From assembly GCA_964431965.1 (NCBI GenBank), contig CAYSLU010000014.1, positions 3,700 through 67,699 of the forward strand: a stretch of DNA of 64,000 nt, given 5' to 3'. The notes beneath the pieces were generated by a model that was not told where the DNA came from, ran no database searches, and saw only the letters and a list, made by a program, of their open reading frames with translations. The stretch comes from an uncultured Verrucomicrobiota bacterium. Its GTDB lineage: Bacteria > Verrucomicrobiota > Kiritimatiellia > CAIKKV01 > CAYSLU01. This document shows positions 45,801-51,693 of this stretch, in pieces. How positions within the stretch are numbered: position 1 is the first letter of the stretch; every line of letters begins with the position of its first letter. A program made the translations under genes and the position numbers.

Positions 45801-48800
45801 TGGCAATGCGGCGTTCACCGTGTCGATCAGCGGCCGCGTGGCGTACGTCACCTATCCGGCCGGAGCGCGAGCCAGCGAACTGGTCTCGTTCATCGCCACC
45901 GACCCCGCCGGGCATTCGGGATTTGCCTCGCCGCGGTTCACGGTCCGGGGGGCGGACAACCCGCCGATCGCCGTGATCGCCAACCTGTCGGACACGGACA
46001 CGACCAGCATTCGCGACGGGTTCTTCGAACTGCGGGGCACGGCGGACGATCCGGATGCGATCGACCCGGTCTCGTGGCGCGTGCAGCTCTACGACTCCGA
46101 CGGCAAGCTGGTGCGCGATGTCACGCCCGCGCCCCTGAACGCGGCCGGCTACCATCTGGGTCGTGTTGCTCCGGGCGGCAGCTTCGGCGCTTTGGACCTG
46201 ACGATGGTGCGCAACGGCGCGTACGACCTCGTTCTGGACGTGGCCGGCGGCGCCCGCACAGCCCAGGCGTGGGCCCCGATCGCGCTCGACAGCGGGCTGA
46301 AGGTCGGGCAGATGACGTTCAGCCAGCAGGATATCGTGATCCCGGTGAACGGCATCCCCCTGGCGGTCGTCCGGACCTATGACTCGCTCAACCTCGAATC
46401 GCGCGATTTCGGCTACGGGTGGACCTACACGGTCGCTGACCTCAATCTGAAGATCAACGAGCAGCGTGTCCGGACGGCTGACGTCTTCGGGCTGCCGTTC
46501 AGCCTGAGGACGGGCGGGAGCCGCGATGTGACCCTGGACATGCCCGACACGGGACAGCGCGTTACGTTCCGGCAGAGCTTCGTGGGCGGGGGGATGTTCC
46601 GCCAGCAGGCGATATGGACGCCGCCGCCCGGGGTCCATGCCTCCCTGGTCCCGACGTGCAACCCGAACGTCATCAAGCTGTGGGGGCTGCCGCCGTACTG
46701 GGAGGCCGCCGGGATCGGGACGGCGATGGAGAACTTCGATGTTCCGGGGTTCATCCTGACGACCGCGGACGGGACTCGGTACCAGGTCGACCGCGACGAT
46801 CAGGGGGAGTTCTACATCGACTCCAACGGCAACTCGTACGGCTTCTATGTGCACGCGTACGGCGACGCGCATGTCCGGCGCATCAGCCAGCCCGACGGCA
46901 ACCGGCTCGACTTCGTGCGGACGGGAGCCCAGCTCCGGGGAATCGAGCACTACGACAACGCGACGAACAAGACCCGGTCTCTGGTCTTCGGGCGCGACAG
47001 CGAAGACCGCATCGTGAGCGTCTACACCGCTGACCGGCTCGACGCCGGCGGGAATCCCTCGGGGCCGGCCTCCGTCCGGTATGCCTACGACGGCATCGGC
47101 AACCTGGTGAAGGCCGAGCGGCTGGTCGATGCCGCGGACACCAACAGCCCCGTCTATGTCGCCACGGGTTACGTGTACGGCCACCCCCGCTACTCGCATT
47201 ACATTACCGAGATCCGGGACGCCCAGGGGCTGTCGGCGATGCGGACCGAATACGACGCCGACGGTCGCGTGGTCGCGACTGTCGATGTGTACGGGAATCG
47301 CACCGAGCTCCAGCACGACCTGGCCGCGCGCACCGAGACGGTGTACGACCGGCTCGGGTACCCGTCCCTGTTCGTTTACGACGCGAAGGGCAACGTGACC
47401 GCCGCGACCGACCCGCTCGGGCAGACCACCTCCTACGGGTACGATGCGAACGGCGCGATTGCGTTGATGCGCGACCCGCTGGGGCGGACAACCCGGTATG
47501 TCAACGATGCCGCGGGCCTTGTGCTGGCCGAGACGACGCCCGGGGGGTTCACCTACTCGTACGCATACGATGGCTCCGGTCGGCAGCTCACCGTGACGGA
47601 CCCGATGGGGCATGTGTCCAGCAACGGCTACGATTCCGAGGGCCGGCTGGTCACGCTGGTGAACGCCCTCGGGGCGCGCATCGAGAACCAGTACGACACG
47701 CGCGGGAACATGGTGGCCAGCGTCGACCCGTTCGGCAACGTGGCCGCCCGGGTGACATACGACGCGCAGGGGAACCTGACGAGCATGGGGAGCCTCTTCT
47801 CGTCCAACGATGTGGTCACCACCTATGACGCCTCGGGCAATCCGTCGGGCAGCTTGCGGCAGTGGGTCAATCCGACGAATGCGGCCGATGTCCGGACGAT
47901 CAGCCGGCAGGTCTTCTACAACGCCGACGGCCTGCCGATCCGGTCCGTGGATTCGCTGGGCAACGAGACGCGGATGGTCTACGACACGTTCGGCCGCGTC
48001 ATTGAGACCGTCGACAGCAACAGCAACCGCACCACCTATGTGTACGACTCCCGGGGGAACATCGTCGCGAGCTCCCTGCCCGGCGGAGGCGAGATCCGCG
48101 TCGTCTATGACGAGCTCGACCGGGAGGTCATCCGGACCGAGGTCTTCCGTCCCGGGACGCCCGCGCGCGCGACGCGCCTGCTGTTCGACGCCGCGGGCCG
48201 CGTGACTCAAAGCCAGCGGCTGGCCGACGTCGTCGTCAACGTGGTGACCCAGGGGGCCCTGGTCCGCTCGGTGGTCGCGTCGGCCGGCGGCGTTCTCTCG
48301 TCGAACGTGACGGTCTACGACGCGGTCGGTCAGGTCGTCACGGAGACCTTTGAGAACGGCGGGACGTTCCGCTACGAGTACGACGCCGAAGGGCATCGGA
48401 CTGCCGTGATCGATCCTCTGGGCGGCCGGACGGAGACCGAGTACGACGCGGCGGGCAACGTGACGCTGCTCCGCGATCCCGAGGGACTGGAGACGCGGAC
48501 GCTGTACGACGCGGTGGGCCGGCCGGTCCGGACGGTGTTCGCGGACGGGACCTCGGTCCGCCGCCGGTATGACCTTGGAGGGCGCGAGATCGAGCAGACG
48601 GATGCGGCGGGGTTCGTCAAGGCTCTGGAGTATGACGACGCGGGCCGCCTGACGGCGGTATCCCTGCCGGCCGTTCCGGACCCACTCGCGTCCAACGCCT
48701 TGGTGAGGCCCCGTTACGAGTATGAGTACGACGGCAACGGGAACCTGATCCTGATCCGGGATCCCCGCGGCCGGGTTACGCGGTTCGCGTTCGATGAGTA

Positions 48801-51624
48801 CAACCGGCCGGTTGCCCGGACCCTCCCGATGGGGCAAACCGATCGCTTGCTCTACAACGCGAAGGGCCAGCTTGTGCGCCACGTCGACTTCAAGGGGCAG
48901 GCGATCGAACTGCGCTATGACCCCATGGGCCGGGTTACGAACAAGCTGCTCTACGCCGCCGGATCGCTGACGCCGTCGGAGTCGGTATCCGTCACCTATG
49001 ACGAGTGGGGGCGGCAGCGGCAGGTGATCGAGGGACGGGGGATAAGCGAGTTCGAGTACGACGGCGAGCACAATATCACGCGCATCACGACCCCGGAGGG
49101 GACGATCCGCTACGCCTATGACCCGGCGTCGGGCCTGAGGACACGCACCTCGTCCGACTTTTCCGAAACACAGTACGGCTATGACGAGCTGGCGCGCCTG
49201 AAGACCGTCGCCGTGACAAAGCGCAACGGCGTCGTGCTGGCGGTGCCGGAGATCACGTGCTACGACTACTCGCCGGCGGGCCACCGGGCGGCCGTGACCC
49301 TCCCGAACGGCATCCGCACGGAGTACGCGTACGATGACCAGCAGCGGCTGGTCACGATGACGCACCGGGCCGCGTCAAACGCCGTGCTCGCGACCTACGG
49401 CTACGGGATGAACGAGAGCGGGATGCGGACGGCCATCGCCGAGTCCGTCCTGAAGGCCGGAATGCCCTACCGCACGACCAACGCGGTCGCCTACACCTAC
49501 GACGATCTCATGCGCGTCACCCGGGAGGCGTTCGGTGCGAGCCCGGCGACCGATTCCTACGCGGCCGACTACGTGTACGACACGGCTGGAAATCGGCTGC
49601 GGCGCACCGTTACGGTGGGATCGCAGTCCTTGAAGACATACTACGTCTACGACGACAACGACCGCCTGCTGACCGAAAGCAATGTGGTGACGGCAGCCGG
49701 CGCGGGTGCCCCGGGCGCACGCCCGCGCGGCGGCCCCGGCTGGCGTCCCGATCTTCCGCCCGCGCCTCCGGCGTGGCTCGCGTACCGGCACTGGATGGTT
49801 TTGGGCGCGTGGTCGGCGATCGTTCTGGCCCTGTACGTGGCAGGATGCCGCGCCTCACGGCGTCGCGGGCCGGCGGCCGACCTGACGACGGTGACGGCCG
49901 TGTTCATCCGGCGCGCGTCGCTGACGCGGGTGACGCGCGCGACGGCTTCGGTCCTGGCCGGCCTCATGGCGGTCGGGCCGGTGTCCGATGTGGCCTTCGC
50001 AATCCCGGACGCGCCGGACCCCGTCGCGCTGGGCAGCTGGGGCAGCGCCGGCGAGGTCACCACGTACGAATACGACGACAACGGTGCCCTCGTGCGCCGG
50101 GTGACGTCCGGGCCCGCGCCGGTCACCGAGTCGTACGCCTATACGCTGGAGAGCCGGCTGGCCGCCGTGCGGACGGTCCGGGCGGGCGCCCAGACGGTCG
50201 TGACCACCTCCGCATACACGTATGATCAGGACGGCAACCGCGTGCGGACCGTTGTCACCACCGAGGTCGACAGCGTCGTGTCCGAGGTGACGACGAACAT
50301 CTGCCTGATCGACCCGATGAACCACACCGGCTACGCGCAGGTCATGGAGGAGCGGACGGCGGTCGGGTCGGCTCCGGTGCGTACCTACGTGATCGGCGAT
50401 GACGTGATCTCGCAGACGGGCGGGGGCGGTGCGCCCGTCACGGAGTACATGCTCTACGACGGGCACCTGTCGACCCGGCAGCTGGCGGACGCGGCGCAGA
50501 CGATCACGGAGTCCTACACGTATGACGCATACGGCGTGATGCCGGCGGGCAATCCGACGATGGCGCAGCCATCGCGCACGTCGCTGCTCTACTCCGGCGA
50601 GGCCTTCGATGCGCCCACTCAGCACTATTATCTGCGTGCGAGATACTACAACCCGTCCAACGGACGGTTCACGCAGATGGATCCGGCAGACGGCCAGGGG
50701 TCCGATCCGCAGAGCCTGCATAAGTATGCGTATGCGCACGGCAACCCGGTGAACGGCATCGACCCCGGCGGACGCGAGTTCAACCTCATCGCGGTCATGA
50801 TGCGGCTGGCCGTGCACTCGATCATCATGCAGATTGTGGGGATCGCCATCGGGGCCGCCTTCAAGCGCTTCGGCGGCTTTCTGGTGCCCAAATGGGTGTG
50901 GGACGGGCTTGAAAAGTGGGGCCCCAGCGCCATGGTGCTGGGATTCTCGCTCTCGGGGGCCATCCCGAAAGCCAAGATTCTGGACCTCACCGGCGGCATC
51001 GAGTTCCTTGTGGGGCTGGGAACGCTCAACCTCGGGATCTACGCCTACGTCGGCGGTGGGTTCCACGGCTCCTCGGTCGGCAGCGGGTGGGATGCGTCCG
51101 CGTACCTGGGTCTGGTCTTCCACTCCCCAACATCCTTGAGCTACGAAGGCCCGTTCGCGAGCGTGGGCCTGAGTGGGGCGGCGCTTCCCGACTCCGTGCT
51201 GAAGAAGATGCTCGGCGTCCTCAACAACAAGTCCAAGACCCGCCTATACGCCAACAAGCTGAGAAATGCGCTCGGGATGAGCAGCCAGTTGCGCGGAGAT
51301 CTGAACAGCTACTTTGGGGGGGGGCTCAGCTACGAGGCGCTGATCCTGTCGCTGCTCACCAGTGGAAATCCGGCTGTCGATACGATCAACAATCAGATCA
51401 GCAAGATGCAGATCAACATCTTCTTCGGACCTGCCCTGGAGAACTGGAAGAAGATCACCGGCCTCGGCTCGTTCGGTTCCTCCATCACCGTGTGGAACAA
51501 GTCCAAGCGAAGCGGGACACCCGTCTTCGTGACGCTGGCGATCACCGTCTACTTCCAGATCTTCGCGCACGACTGGAGCAAGGGATGGAGCCTGAAGGAC
51601 TGGCGTGACGACGTGACCTTCTGA
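36880..51624 (+). CDS. Giant (4914 aa) surface adhesin-like protein fused to an RHS/YD-repeat shell and a polymorphic C-terminal domain
   Basis: ATG at 36880 follows GGAAGGA; the track start is a GTG at 36856. The N-terminus has a signal/anchor (KTARYGIALLAAVVLAAVSLAVV) and an FN3-like domain. FG-GAP repeats follow (GDFDGDDVLDIV, GDYDADGCLDFM, GDFNEDGFDDFV, GDFDEDGHLDVM, YDYNGDGHLDVV). There are at least 10 PKD-like units (W-x-FGDG motifs), an alpha/alpha-toroid, and cadherin-like and CARDB-like domains. More than 40 YD repeats and an RHS core motif (YYLRARYYNPSNGRFTQMDP...HKYAYAHGNPVNGIDPGG) complete the protein. Confidence 0.9.
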   Translation: MKRKTARYGIALLAAVVLAAVSLAVVGGPPRIEGLGPRPDGWMASRVGVDTAGVYLVQWSTNLTRWTNVVAVYANTNAFEFVDPDAVSNRQAFYRTLRLDGLTDTNPPAWAGGLQVELFKPEAGGLFLRWKRAADGTGVAGYRIYVDGAVVTNLPGNVPFCLLPGMRMSDRHDIRIEAFDASGNTTGVRSLMYVPGRTIGMVADDGGRTYVFWTQADGSLSPLTRLVDIGWNTRGGAVGDFDGDDVLDIVTGYGGDGTIRPYLLRGRGDGTFEAPAALTANAGSSGWIMGGAAGDYDADGCLDFMLNGNNGTLAFYWGRGDGTFDLAAAAYPSSGRDMDTGDFNEDGFDDFVRATHGDGYVRQYLSRGDRTFYETNVVGDAGDDPYGVATGDFDEDGHLDVMAISGGSGYISLWAGRGDGTFTNGVAVTNLMALTSGNHGAMDAYDYNGDGHLDVVLANYSWRQVIFWPGRGDGTFGAGIINSNQPSSAAMGLASPPLPPRVDVGVVPDTPVIPLNGAVAFGAVGSGISSNDSFVWSIVGGSSSTGMSVTNTFVEEGVFLAHLLHTSTGGVKSARGTRVRVRGQPPVAAPGGPYTLGESAVRQMQWTAALNGGASTDDFGIVRYFWNFGDGTMATGTTPQVSHTWSGEGPWTVWLTVEDKSGLTGSNSTTVTFVPGAPPTAAIAGPSVIDEARATNGSWYAGFSAAGSTDDVGVWKYQWDFGNGQSATAPDTRTTYGGVSTYRVTLTVWDHAGQTDSTTHDIETRANGIPTPGIAGSRFLNEVVATNGYWYGAWDGNTRSTDDWGIARFVWSFGDGSASATGPIATHQYAAPGVYRLSLTVVDNANQPATITQNVVVVTDDPPIARMAPAGATAEGWQWINLSGEGSTDDHGLSAYRWYLPASYYPFTGSFVDQRQWRAGRTLQADRMILTGDSSWGHTYFYSVPVRVQRGSTFEGRIDTGVGYTHGMVGLKDLSGSPQYSHYVYALYFADGAIHIYEYGGSRGQRGSYVRGDSYDFRLETKPGSGVRYWVRPSNTNAAYTLLLDSTAYADTEFTFGADVYSSTFAFDDFFVSGGYAEGSNITVAVHPGGPVTLEVVDNGSQTNRTTALFQSITGSPPRAVVAGASGGATSIQLLFDGYDSQDDYGIASYLWDFGDGSTQAVGPVAVHAFNAASNYTVRLTVMDYAGQADTATHAVSVTGSASVVAVPWQILGGVELPHETYNAHTVTLKAVAARLSVPFDYAWDFGDGSAAATGTVTTTNGAYGIEARHAYTGADNTPFFATITVIQTNGVRASDTYPILLRQKTLEVEMDVAIDEGLWFLHKQQNRRSYPTYDDGYWVYSSVGTYYVSPSASAVQAFEINGHIENGDPEQDPYVETVKRGMNYLLTAIGTREIGSTPFGDADSNGNGIGLEAGNQPIYELGQVMDAIVAGGTPDAVAQVGGANVYGRTYREIVQDMVDMYCWGQYDGSCGGGWRYGWNDWPDNSASQWASVGLLAAERYWGLAVPSWAKSWNKVWCQYSKGSTGFGYTGSGDGEATTPSALVQLSWNGTDTSDALWVHGEKYLEDNWNWLMSVYNLYSSYAVSKAMRTANPVPVTRFRTSGLDWFMDPARGLARNLIDRQYSDGSWLGSGRGNERDSRLSTAWGVIILSSSLFTQGPVAIVRARPNPTAVGFPVSFDARESYHRHRSFRISEYRWDFDASDGLDFDHPDATGPVVSNAFGAITNVLVTLQVRDNGTPTAYDTASVQVQVSRGAHPPTAEASGPYVGAVGEAITLDGSGSFDVDAADGDSIQSWEWETDFQQPLDFSDGFSGPTVVVPGNYYPTPGRRQVGLRVKDRTAQVFPGAGPDQTATDFATLILYTPTVSNLAARPKRTKCQLTWNWSQGYECAVMRSEVGPNRGFIEVGRTQSGYATFLDESIQLNRDYYYRIYVYDLGGRDPIGISPVRYVRSQQRGIDNWPPRFYGTPTPGAVVGGLYEVQLQAQDPESDPMTFSLAMAPTGMTVGVSNGIVRFTPTPDQVGTHEIIAEVRDAAGMDVLDYYLVVFPASNRAPVAVANGPYAGLTGQPIAFSSAGTFDPDGNPVRYAWNFGDGGTATNAHPAHVYGGAGQYVASLFVSDSYGGTASTQAFVVIERPNREPVAVVAGGPQFVTRLGLPLWLDGRASYDPDGDDIVLSWSWGDGRPETNGNAQVSRIYGALGRFDGGLTVADGRGGTNTYPFVVTVGPSNRPPAAVFSVTNAAGPHVLSRHLFDASATTDAEGDPMVFSWDFGDRVRTTGIIVTHVYRQRGDYPVVLTVRDNQQGETVVTQVVSIVNAPPVFTSTPPIWASETVPYVYEPGVFDVDGDRVGFSLATNPPAMTIDPDTGRIDWTPLSEDIGPHPIVVRVTDTNGASGEQSYTLVVASAAGPSLDLEPVLIEGSNVLMDARTLSVGGTIEVRIVNNGTSAVPVPYTLTVFEDLDRDGAYSSTSDTRLGWANLGAGLQAGWIGIATIPLAGTASFRDVPLSAFVDSEGAVPEFDESNNVLRDGDDATGAAVDVSAAWLRDDRRGLPGQVALTARLGNSGAVSIPTNVAMSFYAGDPAHGGGLIGVAHPTNVLASGAFADLSVTWLNPAITAHTVFVRADDDGSGGAALAEANEANNGFSDTVDLMANEPPVADAGADQTAAVGYTYGLNGSDSADPEGKPLRYRWSVFAIPIGSQTALQGADTAGPLFAADVPGAYTFQLVVNDGVQDSAADSVTVTVVDPSANHPPEIVSRPSFVAMVSVPYGYAAAATDPDGDVVTWRLNQKPAGMTIATNSGVIAWTPTNAGAFFVQVIADDGRGGAFSQGYSLNVIPYQNLAPQITSTPVTLAQPGVAYRYDVDATDFNRTDTLTYALPERPSGMSIASGTGLISWTPSGGQLGAHGVTVTVSDGRGGAATQAFDVVVVVSASNAPAVRRIPDQVVTDPAAFTAIALDGYVTDPDDPKSNLVWTASGNAAFTVSISGRVAYVTYPAGARASELVSFIATDPAGHSGFASPRFTVRGADNPPIAVIANLSDTDTTSIRDGFFELRGTADDPDAIDPVSWRVQLYDSDGKLVRDVTPAPLNAAGYHLGRVAPGGSFGALDLTMVRNGAYDLVLDVAGGARTAQAWAPIALDSGLKVGQMTFSQQDIVIPVNGIPLAVVRTYDSLNLESRDFGYGWTYTVADLNLKINEQRVRTADVFGLPFSLRTGGSRDVTLDMPDTGQRVTFRQSFVGGGMFRQQAIWTPPPGVHASLVPTCNPNVIKLWGLPPYWEAAGIGTAMENFDVPGFILTTADGTRYQVDRDDQGEFYIDSNGNSYGFYVHAYGDAHVRRISQPDGNRLDFVRTGAQLRGIEHYDNATNKTRSLVFGRDSEDRIVSVYTADRLDAGGNPSGPASVRYAYDGIGNLVKAERLVDAADTNSPVYVATGYVYGHPRYSHYITEIRDAQGLSAMRTEYDADGRVVATVDVYGNRTELQHDLAARTETVYDRLGYPSLFVYDAKGNVTAATDPLGQTTSYGYDANGAIALMRDPLGRTTRYVNDAAGLVLAETTPGGFTYSYAYDGSGRQLTVTDPMGHVSSNGYDSEGRLVTLVNALGARIENQYDTRGNMVASVDPFGNVAARVTYDAQGNLTSMGSLFSSNDVVTTYDASGNPSGSLRQWVNPTNAADVRTISRQVFYNADGLPIRSVDSLGNETRMVYDTFGRVIETVDSNSNRTTYVYDSRGNIVASSLPGGGEIRVVYDELDREVIRTEVFRPGTPARATRLLFDAAGRVTQSQRLADVVVNVVTQGALVRSVVASAGGVLSSNVTVYDAVGQVVTETFENGGTFRYEYDAEGHRTAVIDPLGGRTETEYDAAGNVTLLRDPEGLETRTLYDAVGRPVRTVFADGTSVRRRYDLGGREIEQTDAAGFVKALEYDDAGRLTAVSLPAVPDPLASNALVRPRYEYEYDGNGNLILIRDPRGRVTRFAFDEYNRPVARTLPMGQTDRLLYNAKGQLVRHVDFKGQAIELRYDPMGRVTNKLLYAAGSLTPSESVSVTYDEWGRQRQVIEGRGISEFEYDGEHNITRITTPEGTIRYAYDPASGLRTRTSSDFSETQYGYDELARLKTVAVTKRNGVVLAVPEITCYDYSPAGHRAAVTLPNGIRTEYAYDDQQRLVTMTHRAASNAVLATYGYGMNESGMRTAIAESVLKAGMPYRTTNAVAYTYDDLMRVTREAFGASPATDSYAADYVYDTAGNRLRRTVTVGSQSLKTYYVYDDNDRLLTESNVVTAAGAGAPGARPRGGPGWRPDLPPAPPAWLAYRHWMVLGAWSAIVLALYVAGCRASRRRGPAADLTTVTAVFIRRASLTRVTRATASVLAGLMAVGPVSDVAFAIPDAPDPVALGSWGSAGEVTTYEYDDNGALVRRVTSGPAPVTESYAYTLESRLAAVRTVRAGAQTVVTTSAYTYDQDGNRVRTVVTTEVDSVVSEVTTNICLIDPMNHTGYAQVMEERTAVGSAPVRTYVIGDDVISQTGGGGAPVTEYMLYDGHLSTRQLADAAQTITESYTYDAYGVMPAGNPTMAQPSRTSLLYSGEAFDAPTQHYYLRARYYNPSNGRFTQMDPADGQGSDPQSLHKYAYAHGNPVNGIDPGGREFNLIAVMMRLAVHSIIMQIVGIAIGAAFKRFGGFLVPKWVWDGLEKWGPSAMVLGFSLSGAIPKAKILDLTGGIEFLVGLGTLNLGIYAYVGGGFHGSSVGSGWDASAYLGLVFHSPTSLSYEGPFASVGLSGAALPDSVLKKMLGVLNNKSKTRLYANKLRNALGMSSQLRGDLNSYFGGGLSYEALILSLLTSGNPAVDTINNQISKMQINIFFGPALENWKKITGLGSFGSSITVWNKSKRSGTPVFVTLAITVYFQIFAHDWSKGWSLKDWRDDVTF
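46300..50778 (+). other. RHS/YD-repeat shell region of the giant protein, ending at the RHS-core DPxG motif
   Basis: It starts near FSQQDIVIPVNGIPLAVVRTYDS. Repeats of the type YxYDxxGNL/RxV run throughout (YAYDGIGNLV, YDADGRVV, YDAKGNVT, YDSEGRLV, YDAAGNVT and others). The core motif ends with DPGGRE at 50761-50778. Confidence 0.85.
50779..51621 (+). other. Variable C-terminal (putative toxin) domain, 281 aa, glycine-rich and hydrophobic
   Basis: It lies immediately after the RHS-core cleavage-type motif. It contains several hydrophobic, Gly-rich segments (FNLIAVMMRLAVHSIIMQIVGIAIGAAF, MVLGFSLSGAIP, GGIEFLVGLGTLNLGIYAYVGGGF). Local GC drops: my hand count is 45% for 51361-51420 and 58% for 51241-51300. 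Confidence 0.6.
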
Positions 51625-51665
51625 GCGGGCTCGTGGCGCCTCGCGCCCGCCCTGAGGCCGAGCTC

Positions 51666-51683
51666 CCGGCCCGGGGGGGCCGG
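51666..51683. terminator. GC hairpin between convergent genes (possible bidirectional terminator)
   Basis: CCGGCCC-GGGG-GGGCCGG forms a 7-bp stem with a 4-nt loop in the 69-nt gap between the giant gene and the convergent barrel gene. There is no U-tract. Confidence 0.3.
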
Positions 51684-51693
51684 TCCGGGCAGG

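Noticed and set aside
42862-49365. A 2167-aa ORF on the minus strand, the second-longest ORF in the window.
   Set aside because: It lies entirely antisense to the giant gene, whose sense frame shows clear PKD, cadherin-like and YD-repeat motifs. The antisense product is dominated by Arg, Gly, Pro, Ala, Val and Asp with no recognisable motif. This is the expected stop-codon-poor shadow frame of a high-GC gene.
36880-51624. The possibility that the giant Rhs protein is a T6SS or Tc-toxin (TcB/TcC) cargo.
   Set aside because: There is no PAAR or prePAAR motif at the N-terminus, no VgrG, Hcp or Tss genes, and no TcA-like gene in the window. The N-terminus instead looks like a Sec signal or anchor. 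I cannot exclude components encoded elsewhere, so this is discussed as a finding rather than asserted.
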